A stretch of DNA of 64,000 nt from Paraspadella gotoi (GCA_051294375.1 CM119264.1:28967939-29031938); one strand, 5' to 3'. Positions 1 to 11,988 are shown, numbered from the stretch's first letter. Program-made: numbers and translations. Notes: a model not told the origin generated them from the letters alone.

Positions 1-1013
1 AAAAGAGAGAGATATGTCTCACGGTATGGCCCGCACGATGAGAACAGTCTTTTTGAAAATCCTTGGAGAACGTATTTAGTTGTTTTTACTTTCCTTTTCG
101 ATAATTCCTGTCTTTTTATCATAAATTTTAGATTCTATTGATACCGGCTCACAATATTCTGCTGACTAATGGTTTTACAGCGGCAACTATACGCTTTATA
201 AGACATTTGCTTATGAAGATATTTTTGAGAGTCTCTCTTCTTTTCTCTCTCTCTCTCCACTGTCTCCTCTCTCACCTCTCTCTCTCACTCTCTCTCTCTG
301 ATTTTCATCCTACTTATCTGCTTATCCTACTATCCTCCTCATTCTTACTAAACTCTTTCTTACCATTGAAATGGATTTGAATTTAAGAATGCAATGTTAT
401 AAAAATAACCCAATCTCGATATTTTGTAAATAAAAAGTCTTTTTATGCAATAGTAAATTAGGAAATTAATTGTTGGAAAAAAATAGTGGAGAAAAAAAGG
501 AAAAAGGAATTTTAAAAAAAATCTGAAATTAAAAACTTCGTATACGAAGATTGAAATCTTTAATTGTTTCCAGACTCAGATGCAAAAATATCCCCGTTTT
601 ATGCGAATAACTCATTGATTCATCCAAACATAAGTAATAAGACTTTAAAGGTACTGGAGAAAGGATGGACAGACAGACATATGGACAGACAAATGTTTGA
701 AGTTTTTGATATCAAAACGACAGCTTAAACAGAGGAGATTTCCGATTGCATTGTTTTTTTAAGAGATATGTTGTTCACATGTTAAAGAATAAACCAATCT
801 TCTTTTTAGTTTGAATTCTGTCAGCATTTATGTATTTAACTGTATCTTGAGAGCTTTAAGAGATTTTGCATTAATTTTTCTACATTAACATTCAGGGAGT
901 AATGCCCTCGGATGAGAAACAATAAAAAATGAAAAAATCAATACTGAATATTTTTTTAACTGCATAGTTTTTTCTACGAGACTGTACATCGCGTCCTAAA
1001 CGGTTTGAAAACA

Positions 1014-1174
1014 AAGAAAGGAGTGACGCATAAAGCAACAATGGAAGCAGCAAAAGAGATAAGTTTTGTGAGCGTGTTTTAGTCTGCTGCTTCAGGAGCC
1101 GCAGACTAAAACACGCGCACAAAACTTATCTCTTTTGCTGCTTCCATTGTTGCTTTATGCGTCACTCCTTTCTT
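1014..1174. repeat. Near-perfect inverted repeat (74-bp arms, 1 mismatch, 13-nt spacer)
   Basis: 1014-1087 AAGAAAGGAGTGACGC...TTAGTCTGC is the reverse complement of 1101-1174 except for one base; the spacer TGCTTCAGGAGCC can pair further. No TSD seen. Confidence 0.95.
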
Positions 1175-2507
1175 CGTCGCTCTCTCTGTATTAAATATGC
1201 TATTTGCTGTTTTATTATTTATTTCTTTGATAACAATCATGTTAATTTCCATAACAACTGTTTGAGACCGGGAACGGATTGCTAGCATTTATACAATAGA
1301 GCCAAAGTATTTTGTTCATACAGATTTTCCTCTGAGATGCTTGTGAAGTCTCTGTAATACTAGTAATAGCAAGTTAAAGCAGCTTTACAATTGCAAGACG
1401 CTATGGCGTCAGTTGATTGGTTGGTCTGTTTGAAAATTACTACTGCGAAACACCTTTGTTTTGCAGGACTTGACTGATTATATGGCTCGTCGCCTAAGCA
1501 ATTCACAAAAAGTATCATTTTTTTCGCCTTTTTTGTTTTTATCTGTCTAAATGATTTTTCATAGTCTCTAATAATAATCGTTCTCTTTACTCTTGTAACA
1601 GTTTTGTATTAAATTAGCTAAAAAATAATTTGGCATAATATTTAGCATAGTGAAGATCCTGATTATTATTATTAGTAAGAAAGTAAATAAAATCGCCAGC
1701 CGAATTCTTTAAAAATTCCAATGCCCGCTAAGAAATTGTTTTGCTCCCTCTGTTCAAACGCCCGTCGCAAAACGTTATCTTCTTTGGAAGTATTTTTAGA
1801 ATTGTTTACTTTACAAGTGTAAACCAAATTTTCCCTCTCTCGCCGTATAAAAATGAATGCCACTTTGTACAAATTGCCAATTCGATTCCATTCGCTTTTC
1901 TGATTTCAATAAATCAATTCATCTCATTTTGTTCGCCATTTTTATCTCGACCACCTCCACTTGGTGTACAGCGCTGGTTACGAATAAAGTTTTTTTGCCT
2001 CCAAAGGAATTACTCGTTCTTCGCTACCTAAATTTTCGACAAATTAAAAGAGAGAAAATCCCAAATTACCTTTGCGGTTCAACAAAAGGACATCGAATTT
2101 GAAGAGAGACTATTCTGTTTTAATTATAGGCAAGGAGCTATAGAAAAATAATTGGACATAATTTTTTTATTTTTATCTTGACCACCTCCACTGCATAGTA
2201 AAAAAAATCTTGCTATTTTTAGCATAATTTAGGGCGCTATCTAGCACACGTTTTTTCTGCAGAGTTTTAACCAGAGGATTTCTTAGAAGTGCATCGACGC
2301 AGCGGATTTATGAGAAATACTACCAAAAAACTTCGAGTTTTCTCCGTTCAACCGGTTTTTACTGGTTTTCTTTAATGTAATTTAATTCTCATTAATTTTG
2401 TATTTAGTAATTTAAATTTTCAACAATTTAAGGTTTAGTTCCTACGAATTAGAAAACTTTAATATTTTTTGGGTTCAATTTTAAAACATTAATATCTTAC
2501 GGTTTAA

Positions 2508-3728
2508 AAAACAAGTTTGAGCAAAGAATGTCGGATCTGCCTACGATAATTAAGTGGTAATAAGCTAACTTGGTCAACTTGCATAATTTAATCAACTTGC
2601 ATTATTTGGTCAACTGGCATAGTTTGGTCAACTGACATAATTATGTCAGCTGGCATAATTTGGTCAAATGACATAAGGTGGTCAACTGACATTATTTGGT
2701 TAACTGACATAATTTGGTCAACTGATATAATTTGGTCAACTGACATAATTTGGTCAACTGACTTAATTTGTTTAACTGACATAATTTGGTTAACTGACAT
2801 AATTTGTTCAACTGATATAATTTGCTCAACTGACCTAATTTGGTCAATTAACATAATTTGGTCAACCGGCATAATTTGGTCAACTGGCATAATTTTATCA
2901 ACTGGCATAATTTGGTCAACTGGCATAATTTGGTCAACTGGCATAATTTGGTCAACAGGCATAATTTGGTCAACTTGCAGAATTTGGTCAACTGGCATAA
3001 TTTGGTCAACTTGCAGAATTTGGTCAACTGGCATATTTTTGTCAATTGGCATAATTTGGTCAATCAATCAATCAAAGAGAGATAGAGAGAGAGATACTTT
3101 AAAATATTCAAATAAATGTGTCTTTTGGTTTTCTAATTTGAACTCTTTTCCACTCCTACGATTCCATCAAAAAATTTATATCCAACTTTATCACATACTT
3201 TCCTACCCACACACAAAATTCCATTTCAATTTATCTAGCCAATTTTTAATAAACATAATAATTATGAGTAAATTTAAGTAAAAATACTTCAAGTAAATAT
3301 GACTTTTTTTTTTCCATTTTAACCCTCATTTCCACTCGCACGATTCCATCGAAACTTTATATCCAGCTCAATCACACACTTTCCTACCATCATAAAAAAT
3401 TTCAAGTCAATTGCCCTATCCACTCATGAGCAATTGGCGTTCAAATAGTGAAATAGATTTTTTTGTTTTTTCCATTTAAACCAATTTCCACAAAATTTCA
3501 TACCAATTAAATTCCATCCAATCACGAGTAATTGGAGTTTTTTGCTAAGGGGGACGGACAGACGGACTGACGGACATCATTTTTTTTTGCATAATTTATC
3601 ATAATTCGAGGTTCTGATATGATAATTTACCGACAATATTTTGGGGTGGGACCGACGGACCGACAAAGTGAATTATATTTATAGAGTCGGAAACTCGGAA
3701 TCTGCTGATAAGCAGATCCGACTAAAAA
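2508..3728 (-). mobile_element. Helentron-associated non-autonomous element (HINE/DINE-1-like) carrying a minisatellite
   Basis: Subterminal inverted repeats GTCGGATCTGC (2530-2540) / GCAGATCCGAC (3712-3722), partial inverted repeat next to one subTIR (3695-3706), A-rich AAACAAG terminus, GACG/GACA microsatellite near 3552-3576. The same terminus recurs at 9432, 22862, 28340, 40602, 47440 and 61262. Confidence 0.7.
2570..3063. repeat. 18-bp minisatellite (ATAATTTGGTCAACTGGC)n, ~27 units
   Basis: Directly visible tandem units; they produce the spurious IMPVDQ/IIWSTG ORFs. Confidence 0.95.
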
Positions 3729-4284
3729 CTATTATTCAATATGAAATTTGATTACGATTTCAAACTGTCAGTTGACTCATCGCTCTGCAGGTTTTGAAAA
3801 AATCAATCTTTAAATTTAATTCGTCCTTTTTTTTTCCGTTTTGAAAATTTTTTTGGGTACGTATTATTGTGCTATTTTTGATTGACATGTAAACATGTTA
3901 AAAAATTTTTGAACGAAAACTTTAAAAAATCATGTTTAATTTTAGATAGAAAGTCGGCTAAAATTTTTTTTGAAATTAAGTACCACTAATTGGGTAGGTA
4001 CAAATCAGCAGATCCTTACGAAGATGACTCACTGCAATGTTTGGGACAGTGAGAAAAAGGGAGTTTCTTGCTGCGAGGATTGCGGCAAAACGTCGCACGC
4101 TAAAGAGAAGAGCCGGAGACTAAGCATTCTCGCGGGCCACGCTTGTGTGGATTCTGGCGGAGGTAATTGATTGCACAAAATATCAAAAGCTTGTAAGCAA
4201 AGCACCAACCGAGACTCCTGGCCTTTTAGGGCTTTATTTTCCCGGAACGCCCCATTTTGTCCTAAATTCGGAATTAAGTTTACT

Positions 4285-4528
4285 TGTGAATAAGGCGCTA
4301 GGTGGGCTGAACTTCTATGCCCCTTCGGCAGCCATGGAATGGATTGGAACCAGGCTTGGGGGTTTTCCAGGCCCCCAAGGCGGTCCTTATGCTTCCCGCA
4401 AGAAAGATACTGAACCTGGTACTTAATGGTCATAAGCTGATGGCTTTACTCAATGAGCCACCGGGTCACAACTGTAGGTGTTATGCTTATAGGCAGGGTG
4501 AACTTATACGATTCCCCCCCCCCATACA
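4285..4528 (-). mobile_element. Solo LTR, family B (diverged copy of the 54704-54989 LTR)
   Basis: TGTGAATAAGGCGCTA...CATACA termini, colinear with 54704-54989 (shared blocks GGAACCAGGCTTG, CCCCCAAGGCGG, GCTGATGGCTTTACTCAATGAGCCACCGGGTCACAACTG). No clear TSD. Confidence 0.8.
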
Positions 4529-4985
4529 AATAGAGTAGAGGTTAGGGTTAGCTTAGTGATTTAAGGTTAGAGAGGTTAGATTTAAGGATAGGGTTAGAAA
4601 TAAAGGATAAGGGTTAGGAGTTAGGGTGTAGGATTAAATTAGGGATTAAATTTTGGGATTAGTTTATAAGTTTAAAAATATATTTAAGTTAAATATTAGT
4701 GTACAAACTACAAAGTAGAACAGTTTTTATTTTATTTGAACAACGTTTGATTAAAGAAAATAAAACTCCTCTACTTTGTACAGTATACATTGGACATTGA
4801 GACTAATGACATTGTACACTAATTTTTAAAAACAACAAAACAAAAAGAAACTATCCAAAGTTAAATATTAAAGTTAAAATTAAATTCAAGAATAAATGAA
4901 CAAAAATAGGGCACTCTAGGAAAAGAGAGCCGGCTTTAGAAACTTTGGGAACTGGTGGGAGGGGGTGTGGGGGGGGGTGGCGCGG

Positions 4986-5651
4986 CGAAGAGACAGTAAA
5001 TATTGTTATGTTGTTAGTGATAGAACCGTTCAATATAAGCAGTCCCTGAGCTTCGGATCAGGCTGTAACACCATGTTACAGGGGGTTAAGCGCCCCGTGC
5101 CTCTTAACTGCCCAGACGACCACGCGGCTAGAACCCCGGACCATTGGGTTGGGGGCGAATGACTTGCCTCCGGCACCAATGGCGTCTGATGAACGGTGTG
5201 GCTGTTTTTAGTCCACCATACATCCCCCCTCCCGTAAGGAGAAGGTCTGTTGCATCTCTTCAGTGAATTGTGTGTGTTGGTGGAAAGTTCGTCACCAAGT
5301 TGAGGCATGTCGCCTGATGTGTTGTGGGCGGAAGTGCATCGCCAGGTTTGAGGCATGTCGCCTAAAAGTGTTGTTGTTGCTGTTGTGTTTGGAAGTCGGG
5401 CTCACCAATGAAGAGACAGTAAATATTGTTTATGTGTTAGTGATAGAACCGTTCAATATTAAGCAGTCCCTGAGCTTTCGTCTGGATCAGGCTGTAACAC
5501 CATGTTACAGGCGGGTTAAGCGCCCCGTCCCTCTTAACTTGCCAGACGACCACCGGGCTAGAACCCCGGACCTTTGGGTTGGGAGTGCGAATGACTTGCC
5601 TCCGGCACAATGCCGCTGTATGAACGGTTGCGTGGATTAGTCCACCATAGA
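4986..5651 (-). mobile_element. TRIM (miniature non-autonomous LTR retrotransposon), family A
   Basis: Direct repeats 4986-5222 and 5409-5651 (~240 bp; TG/CA termini, each outer end with one substitution). On the minus strand the PBS TGGTGAGCCCGAC (5407-5395) follows the 5' LTR and the polypurine tract GGGAGGGGGGA (5233-5223) precedes the 3' LTR. Non-coding 186-bp internal region. Confidence 0.85.
5115..5186 (-). promoter_or_regulatory. Degenerate tRNA-like segment (putative Pol III internal promoter) inside family A LTR
   Basis: 72 nt bounded by GACGCCA/TGGTCGTC (acceptor-like pairing), with a GGTC variable-loop-like stretch and a B-box-like GGTTCTAGCC. The second LTR shows a CCGGG...CCCGG T-arm-like stem. 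A box weak. Confidence 0.45.
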
Positions 5652-6316
5652 ACCATTATTTTCCGGCTTGAACAGCTGTGTTGGCCTTATTTTCCTAGAA
5701 CGCCCCATTTAATCTTAAATTTGGAATTAAGTTAAAGATTAGGTTGGAAGTTAAGGTTGAGGATAAGGTTAGTGATTTAGCTTGTAAGTTGTAAGTTGTG
5801 TGTTGTAAGTTTAACAAGGTATTGCGCCACATTACATTTCTTTTTACTTATCATGTCATTTATTTCATATAGTTTATAAGATTTTTTTAAAAACAAAAGG
5901 CGGCGCCAGTAGTCGCTTAGATTTGATTTTTAATAAATAAGCAAAAAACTATTGGCAAGTTTTAAGCGTTTTTAACACAAGTGGGACAGACCTTTTAATT
6001 GTTTCAATTAAAAAACCACTCCCTCAAATAATGGATCGGGGAATACTATTACATTATACTCCGAATCAAAGACTACGCCCTTAAGCTATAATCGATAATT
6101 TTTTTTTCTAAGCAGTTGAAAGAACCGTTCAGTGCTACATGACTGATTGCAATGAGGAATTCAAAATAATCTGTCCACCTGGCGAAAGGGAATCAATGTA
6201 CGCCTGCAGTAAATGCAGGTGATCTTTAACTTTCAATTTGTAGTGGGTGAAAAGGAAAAAAATGTTTTGTGAAAATAAAAAAATAATATATTCTTCAATA
6301 AGTTTAGTTTAGATAA

Positions 6317-6561
6317 TATAACATAATACTGGTTGTCTGTAATGCTCATCTCGGTGTGGTATCTCACCTGTGAATGTTTGGGCCTTTGGACCTTCTGTGG
6401 TAAACCCTACCACATGAGCCCGTTACAACGAAAGTATTACCCTGTGGAAAGTCGTTAGGACTGTGGGTAAAATACACTGTTAGAAATGTGCGTAGCCCGG
6501 CTGACTCATTGGGATTGGACTTACGAAGCAGGAGAGAAGAAAGTGCAGTTATACCGCTACA
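6317..6561 (-). mobile_element. Solo LTR, family D (related to 45842-46094)
   Basis: Minus strand begins TGTAGCGGTATA; shares GGTTGYCTGTRATGC, GGYATCTCAC, AAGTCGTTAGGACTGTGG and terminal ATACCGCYACA with the TSD-flanked LTR at 45842-46094. Left end approximate. Confidence 0.65.
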
Positions 6562-6639
6562 TTAATATATATATATTCAATGAGAGATTAGGATAGGGAT
6601 TAGGCCAAAGAATAGAGTTAGAGATTATGGGGAAGATGG

Positions 6640-6640
<1 letters not shown>

Positions 6641-6709
<69 letters not shown>

Positions 6710-6720
6710 GGGTATTATTA
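6641..6720. repeat. (TAT)n microsatellite flanked by a GGGAAGATGGGTAT direct repeat
   Basis: Visible in sequence; also at ~31412-31490. Confidence 0.9.
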
Positions 6721-7218
6721 CTGGGAAGATGGGTATCTAGATAATGGTAGGTACTAACTAGTCTCTCATCAGGGAAAAGAGGTAAGAAGGGTAAGGAATA
6801 TATTGGTAATAAGTAAATAGCTACAACAAAGGGAACAAGGGTACATAAAAGGGAGAGAAGGGAGAGGGAAGGTTTGCAGACCCCGAGACCGAGAGGAGAA
6901 GTTGAGAGAGTCAGTCCGATCTCCAAGACCCTATCCGTGACTCCGGGGATGAAGAGGAGGGGACGACGAGGGGAGGAGGAGGCGTTGAGAGGGGGAAGAG
7001 AAGGCCCGGGGGAGAGAGAGGTTGTGGCGGTAAGGTGAGCCTCTGTCTTGGTTAGTCATTAAGGTTTAGGGTTAAAGATTAAGTTAAAGATTAAACTATA
7101 TGGTTAAATTTTGGGTTATTAATTTGGTAATAAATTAAAGTTAAATTAAAAACCAAAATAAGTCGCTTTTGAAAAAAAGAGCCGAGCTATATATATCGTC
7201 ATTCCCTTTCCTTCAACA

Positions 7219-7629
7219 ATGCCGGCCTCCCCAAACAGAAATCCCCAAGGACAGTCCGTCTTCCGTCGGCAACTACGTCGACTAGACCAAAATGCGGACC
7301 AACCGACTCTTGACGGGTGGGTCCGTACGGGCGTACGAGACGGAGGTACGGATGAACCGACGCACGGACGGATCGATAACGGCAACGACGAGGTGCAGGT
7401 CGATAACGAGCCTAGGATTCAGAATCGTGATGAAGATGACAAAGGAGACGACAAAGTAATTGAGGTTGACAAAGAAGAGGCCGACAAAAGTGCCGAGGTT
7501 GATTTACGGACGACGAACATGGTTCGATCTCTCTCGATCAAAGGAGATGAACCGATTAAGACCGAGCGACCATCGTCGACTTGTCCTCCTCCTGAGGATG
7601 AGGAGGAGGAGGAGGAAGAAACGACGACG

Positions 7630-7661
<32 letters not shown>

Positions 7662-7695
7662 AAAGGCCGTCGAAAGCGAAGAAAAGACTGAATGA
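7219..7695 (+). CDS. Hypothetical intronless acidic/Thr-rich disordered protein (158 aa)
   Basis: GC-rich open frame in AT-rich context, CAACAATG start context, TATATAT at 7188-7194, codon-periodic GAC/GAG/ACG usage. The copy at ~31985-32445 is broken by indels. No family recognised. Confidence 0.4.
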
Positions 7696-7926
7696 AAAGA
7701 AAACTGTTCTTCGCCTTTTGGTAAAATTTAAAAAAAAATTAAAAAAAAAATTTTAAAAAAATTTTAAGATTTTTTTTAAATTTTAAAATAATTCAAGGAC
7801 ATGGTTCCCNNNNNNNNNNNNNNNNNNNNNNNNNCATTAGTTTTAGAGAGTTCGAGAAAAAATATAGGATATTAAATTCCATTCATAAAGTTTATGTCTC
7901 TTTCTGTTTATATCTCCCACTTGTTA

Positions 7927-7976
<50 letters not shown>

Positions 7977-9431
7977 TTAGCTTCATTAACAAAGCCCGGA
8001 GACGAGATTCTTGTTGTCGTTGTTGTCGTCGGGCTTCTGGACAAGGGGCGTGCACACAAAAAAAAAGACCTCCAGGTTAACGCCCTGCTCCTTCCTCAAT
8101 CCGGAAGGTTGGGCGATCGAGACATCTCTCTTCCCGTTCCACTAATATAAAAAGGAAGGCTGAGAGCCTTATAATAAGAGAATCAACAAACTAACGTAAA
8201 AATTCCTAATATTTGTAAAGTATTGTTGTAAACCTCCTCGTCTCAAATAAATTAACTCTTTAAAGTTGAAACTAAAAATAGAAATAACAATATCGCAACT
8301 ACCTCGTTTGATTTGTAAAGAAAGCGAAAATTCTAAGATACGAAATAGACAACCAGTAACTAGCTAGCAACTAACGACGGCACCTCATTCCATCTCGACA
8401 CAAAACCTCGTACGTTTTTTAAAATCGGCTAATAAATAAATGATTTTTCGCTTACGAAGTTTTTATTCGTTACGCGAATTCCGATCCGAATAAAAAAAAT
8501 TTTAAAAAATTTTAAAAAACGATTTTCGTTTTTTGTTAAAGTTTTTCGATCTTATAAATTCCATTATAATTTTATAATGAGAAAATATTTTTTTAAAAAT
8601 GTATATGAAATTGGCTCAACTAAATATAAAAATTATCCATTCATTTAATAATTAAGCTATCTTGCCCATTACTCTTGGACAGGCCTTTGGTGGTTTAAGG
8701 CCTCATCACTCTTACAAGATAATGGCAGGTCTCTGCAAGCTTTTAATGAAGACTCACTCCACAGTCTGGTTTATACACTCCCAGATACCTGCTTCCCTTA
8801 TCAAGGAAGTCGAATAATGTTTCAAAGAATATTTACAATTCAAATTGCACATAGATTTAAATGGTTCATCGTTTTGCTTTGTAAAGTAGCTATCATAGCT
8901 GCTATGCCTATGGTTAACATTAATTATTTAGTTACTATGGTAATGGCAAAAAAACAATCTATATTATTAGCATTTTATCAAATTTTTTTAGCCACACTAC
9001 GAATAAGTAAGACGAATAACTAAGTGAAAAAGAATCAAATTATAATGAAAAAAATATTTTTGAACAAATTTTAAATGTCAATATTCAAAAGTAAACCAGA
9101 AGCGCAGAGACAACCGCCGCCAGGAAGATCTGGCAAAACGCTGCGTCTTTAGGAGTGCCGAAGAGAAAACCGTGCAGCGGCACCAAATCCAACAAAGAGC
9201 GAGCCAGGGTCGCCGCGCTTTACTGCGACAGTGAACGAATGAGAGGAGGCCTGAATCCCAGCGAAGAGAGACAATCTCTGAGGGCGATGGCCGGAGAAAA
9301 AAGAGAGCGTTGGAACAAGAACTCGGCGAGACTGGAAGTTGTGACGAGTCGAGATGCGCAGTAGTGAGGCTGCAAACCAAGGAGAAAATGACCAACGTGA
9401 ACCAAATTATTACTTTCTTTAAAATCTTTTT

Positions 9432-9690
9432 AAACAAGCTTGAGCAAACAATGTCGGATCTGCAAGTTAAGAAAAAGATGCAAGTTAAAAAAAGATACAA
9501 GTTGAAAAAATGACGCGAAATTTTAAAAATGATGCAAATGAAAAAATGATATGAGTTGAAAAAATGATGTGAGTGGAAAAAATGATGCGAGTTAAAAAAA
9601 GATTTTAAAAATTGTGATTTATCATCTGATTAGCTGATTACCGCTTAATTATCGTAAGCAGATCCGACATTGTTTGCTCAACTTGTTTTT
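9432..9690. mobile_element. Two HINE termini in inverted orientation around degenerate 18-bp repeats
   Basis: AAACAAGCTTGAGCAAACAATGTCGGATCTGC at 9432 and its reverse complement at ~9659-9690, with GCAAGTTAAAAAAATGAT-like units between. Repeated at 15407-15670 and 34151-34420. Confidence 0.65.
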
Positions 9691-11689
9691 TGATATCCAG
9701 TTCACTAATCGTAATTTAATCAAAAAACCTATTAAACAATGAAAGCCGCAAAAAAAATTATTATAAAGTCTTGTTCGGTTAACGAGTATGAAAAACAAGT
9801 CGGGTCACTCTCAATTCCCAATATTTACCAACTGCAATACTTTATATCTTAAAAAATGATAATTTTTTAAACTTGTATAATTTTCCAATTTGCATAATTT
9901 TTTAAACTTGCATAATTTTTTAACTTGCAGCATTTTTTCACTTTTAACTATCTAGTTATCGAGTTTCATTAGTGAGGCAGTGAGGAAGTTGAAATGTGAG
10001 TCCATTTTCTTTGTTTCATATCGATTCAAATATTTTTTGTTTGAATTTCTATTTTAATTATGATTTACTGCCAATATTCAAATTAGATTATGGTAATTTT
10101 CTTGATAGTAAGACTGCGAGATCACTATTCTTTTAAGATTTTTTATTTTGTTTCCCTTCGAGTGCATAAAATGTTTCATAGAATGTTTCAATTGTATAAA
10201 AGGACACTTCGTTTTCATTTTTAAACCCTTTACCTTCTCAAAAGAAAAACAACCATTTAACTCAAAAGAAAAAAAGCGGCAGAAGACGTCGCCAGGCAAC
10301 GAACGCCTGTCAACGCGCCAGGCCAAACTTAACGCCAGCTCAAACGTCTCTAGGCGACCAAACACCTGTCGAACGTCCATCAAAACTTCACTCTAGTTTG
10401 ACGTTAAATTCGTCACAATTCACGCCTTGATTCTTTCACAATCACAATTCATTTAGATTCCATAATAAATTCATTTGGACTTGTGACGCACGGACGCGTC
10501 GCCATGACAACCAAGAGTCCGTTAAAAAAGTTTCCCAAAGACCAAGTAATGATCCGATCACTGCTGAATCGTGACTCTCCTACTCCATTTCGTGCCGTGA
10601 CTCTTGCGACTTTAGTTTCTGATTGTTGTGAAGTGAAAAAGCTTGGATTGAGTAAAGTGCTGGGTTAAACGGTTTTTGTTTAGAGAAAGTGAATGGTTAC
10701 AAATGAAAAAAAAATTATACCCGCCACTTGCGAGTGTCTTTAATATCGAAAAAGAATCATGACAAGAGCCAATGGAGCATACCTAAATTTGATGCTGCAT
10801 AAAATCGCGTTGCATCACGGGAGTGATTTTTTTAATTACGATTTAAGGCAGAGTTACTCGCTACTATATATAATTAATATACTGTTAAACATGTTCATGA
10901 ACATTCTAAAGTCCATTCGTGTCTTTATTGATGTTTTCTTAGCAGTTTAAACCTTTTTATTAACCTTTTCTATCAGCTACACCTTTTTCTCCAACTGCCA
11001 CCAGCATTGAATTTTGGCGGGAAAATGAATCGTCGCATCTTTTCTCGGAAATCGATTCACATTTCGTGAAGCGTCGACAGCGTATCGCGAAACGATCTCT
11101 TGCGGGTGAGATCGGACGAGTTCTCAATCTTTCCTACGCTTTCTTCTTTCTTTCTTTCCTTTCTTTTCTTTTTTTCTTTCTTTCTTTCTCTCTTACTTTC
11201 ACTTTCACTTTCCGTTCTCACCTTCCCTATACTACATTGCATTTTAAGTCATCTGTAACCAATCTTCATTAATAATTCGGTAACATCTGCCGTCTTTCTT
11301 TTCTTCCTGTTTTACCTTTCTTTTTCTCTACAGCTGATAATGTTTAGTACTTTTCTTTTCTTTCTTAGATAAGAAAGCAAGTTTGTATTTTTTTTTCTTT
11401 TTTCCCCTTCCTTTTCTCTCATTCTATTTTTATTTCTTCCCCGCAATCACCAGGGGCCACTTACCCATTGTTCCCTCGTTCGTTTCGCAACGCTCGCGCC
11501 GCAGACTAATTTAAATAAGAAAAGTGTTACATAAACGCGCTCTATAAATGAAACGTTTAGACGGATGTACATCGAGATGAATGAAAAGTTTTATCTTTGG
11601 AAAATTGCCTTTGCGGTTTTTCTTTTGTCGGCTATTGAGAATATGTACGGAGATGAAAAGAGAAAGTTAAAGAACGAGATACGGGAAGA

Positions 11690-11743
11690 GAAGAGAGAGA
11701 GAGTGGAGAGAGAGAAGAAGAGAGAGAGAGAGGAGAGAGAGAG

Positions 11744-11785
<42 letters not shown>

Positions 11786-11805
11786 AGAAAGAGAGATAAA
11801 GATAT

Positions 11806-11851
<46 letters not shown>

Positions 11852-11886
11852 AGAGAAGAGAGAGAGAATAAGAAAGAAGAGAAAAA

Positions 11887-11949
<63 letters not shown>

Positions 11950-11988
11950 TAAGAAAGAGAGAGAAAGAAAGAAGAGAGAGAGAGAGAG

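Noticed and set aside
2588-3281. ORFs with IMPVDQ / IIWSTG hexapeptide repeats
   Set aside because: Open in several frames only because the 18-bp satellite unit lacks stops; lies inside a HINE-like element.
5186-5200. Hammerhead core CTGATGA in the family A LTR
   Set aside because: No stem II or GAAA follows, and the motif is not retained in the second LTR.
6740-6775. Minus-strand CTGATGA hammerhead candidate
   Set aside because: No downstream GAAA or closing helices.
8660-8860. Reverse-transcriptase-like remnant (minus-strand FDFLDREA...WECI), dispersed also at ~14640, 26490, 33390 and 45630
   Set aside because: A real dispersed repeat, but too short and frameshifted to assign to an RT family by eye.
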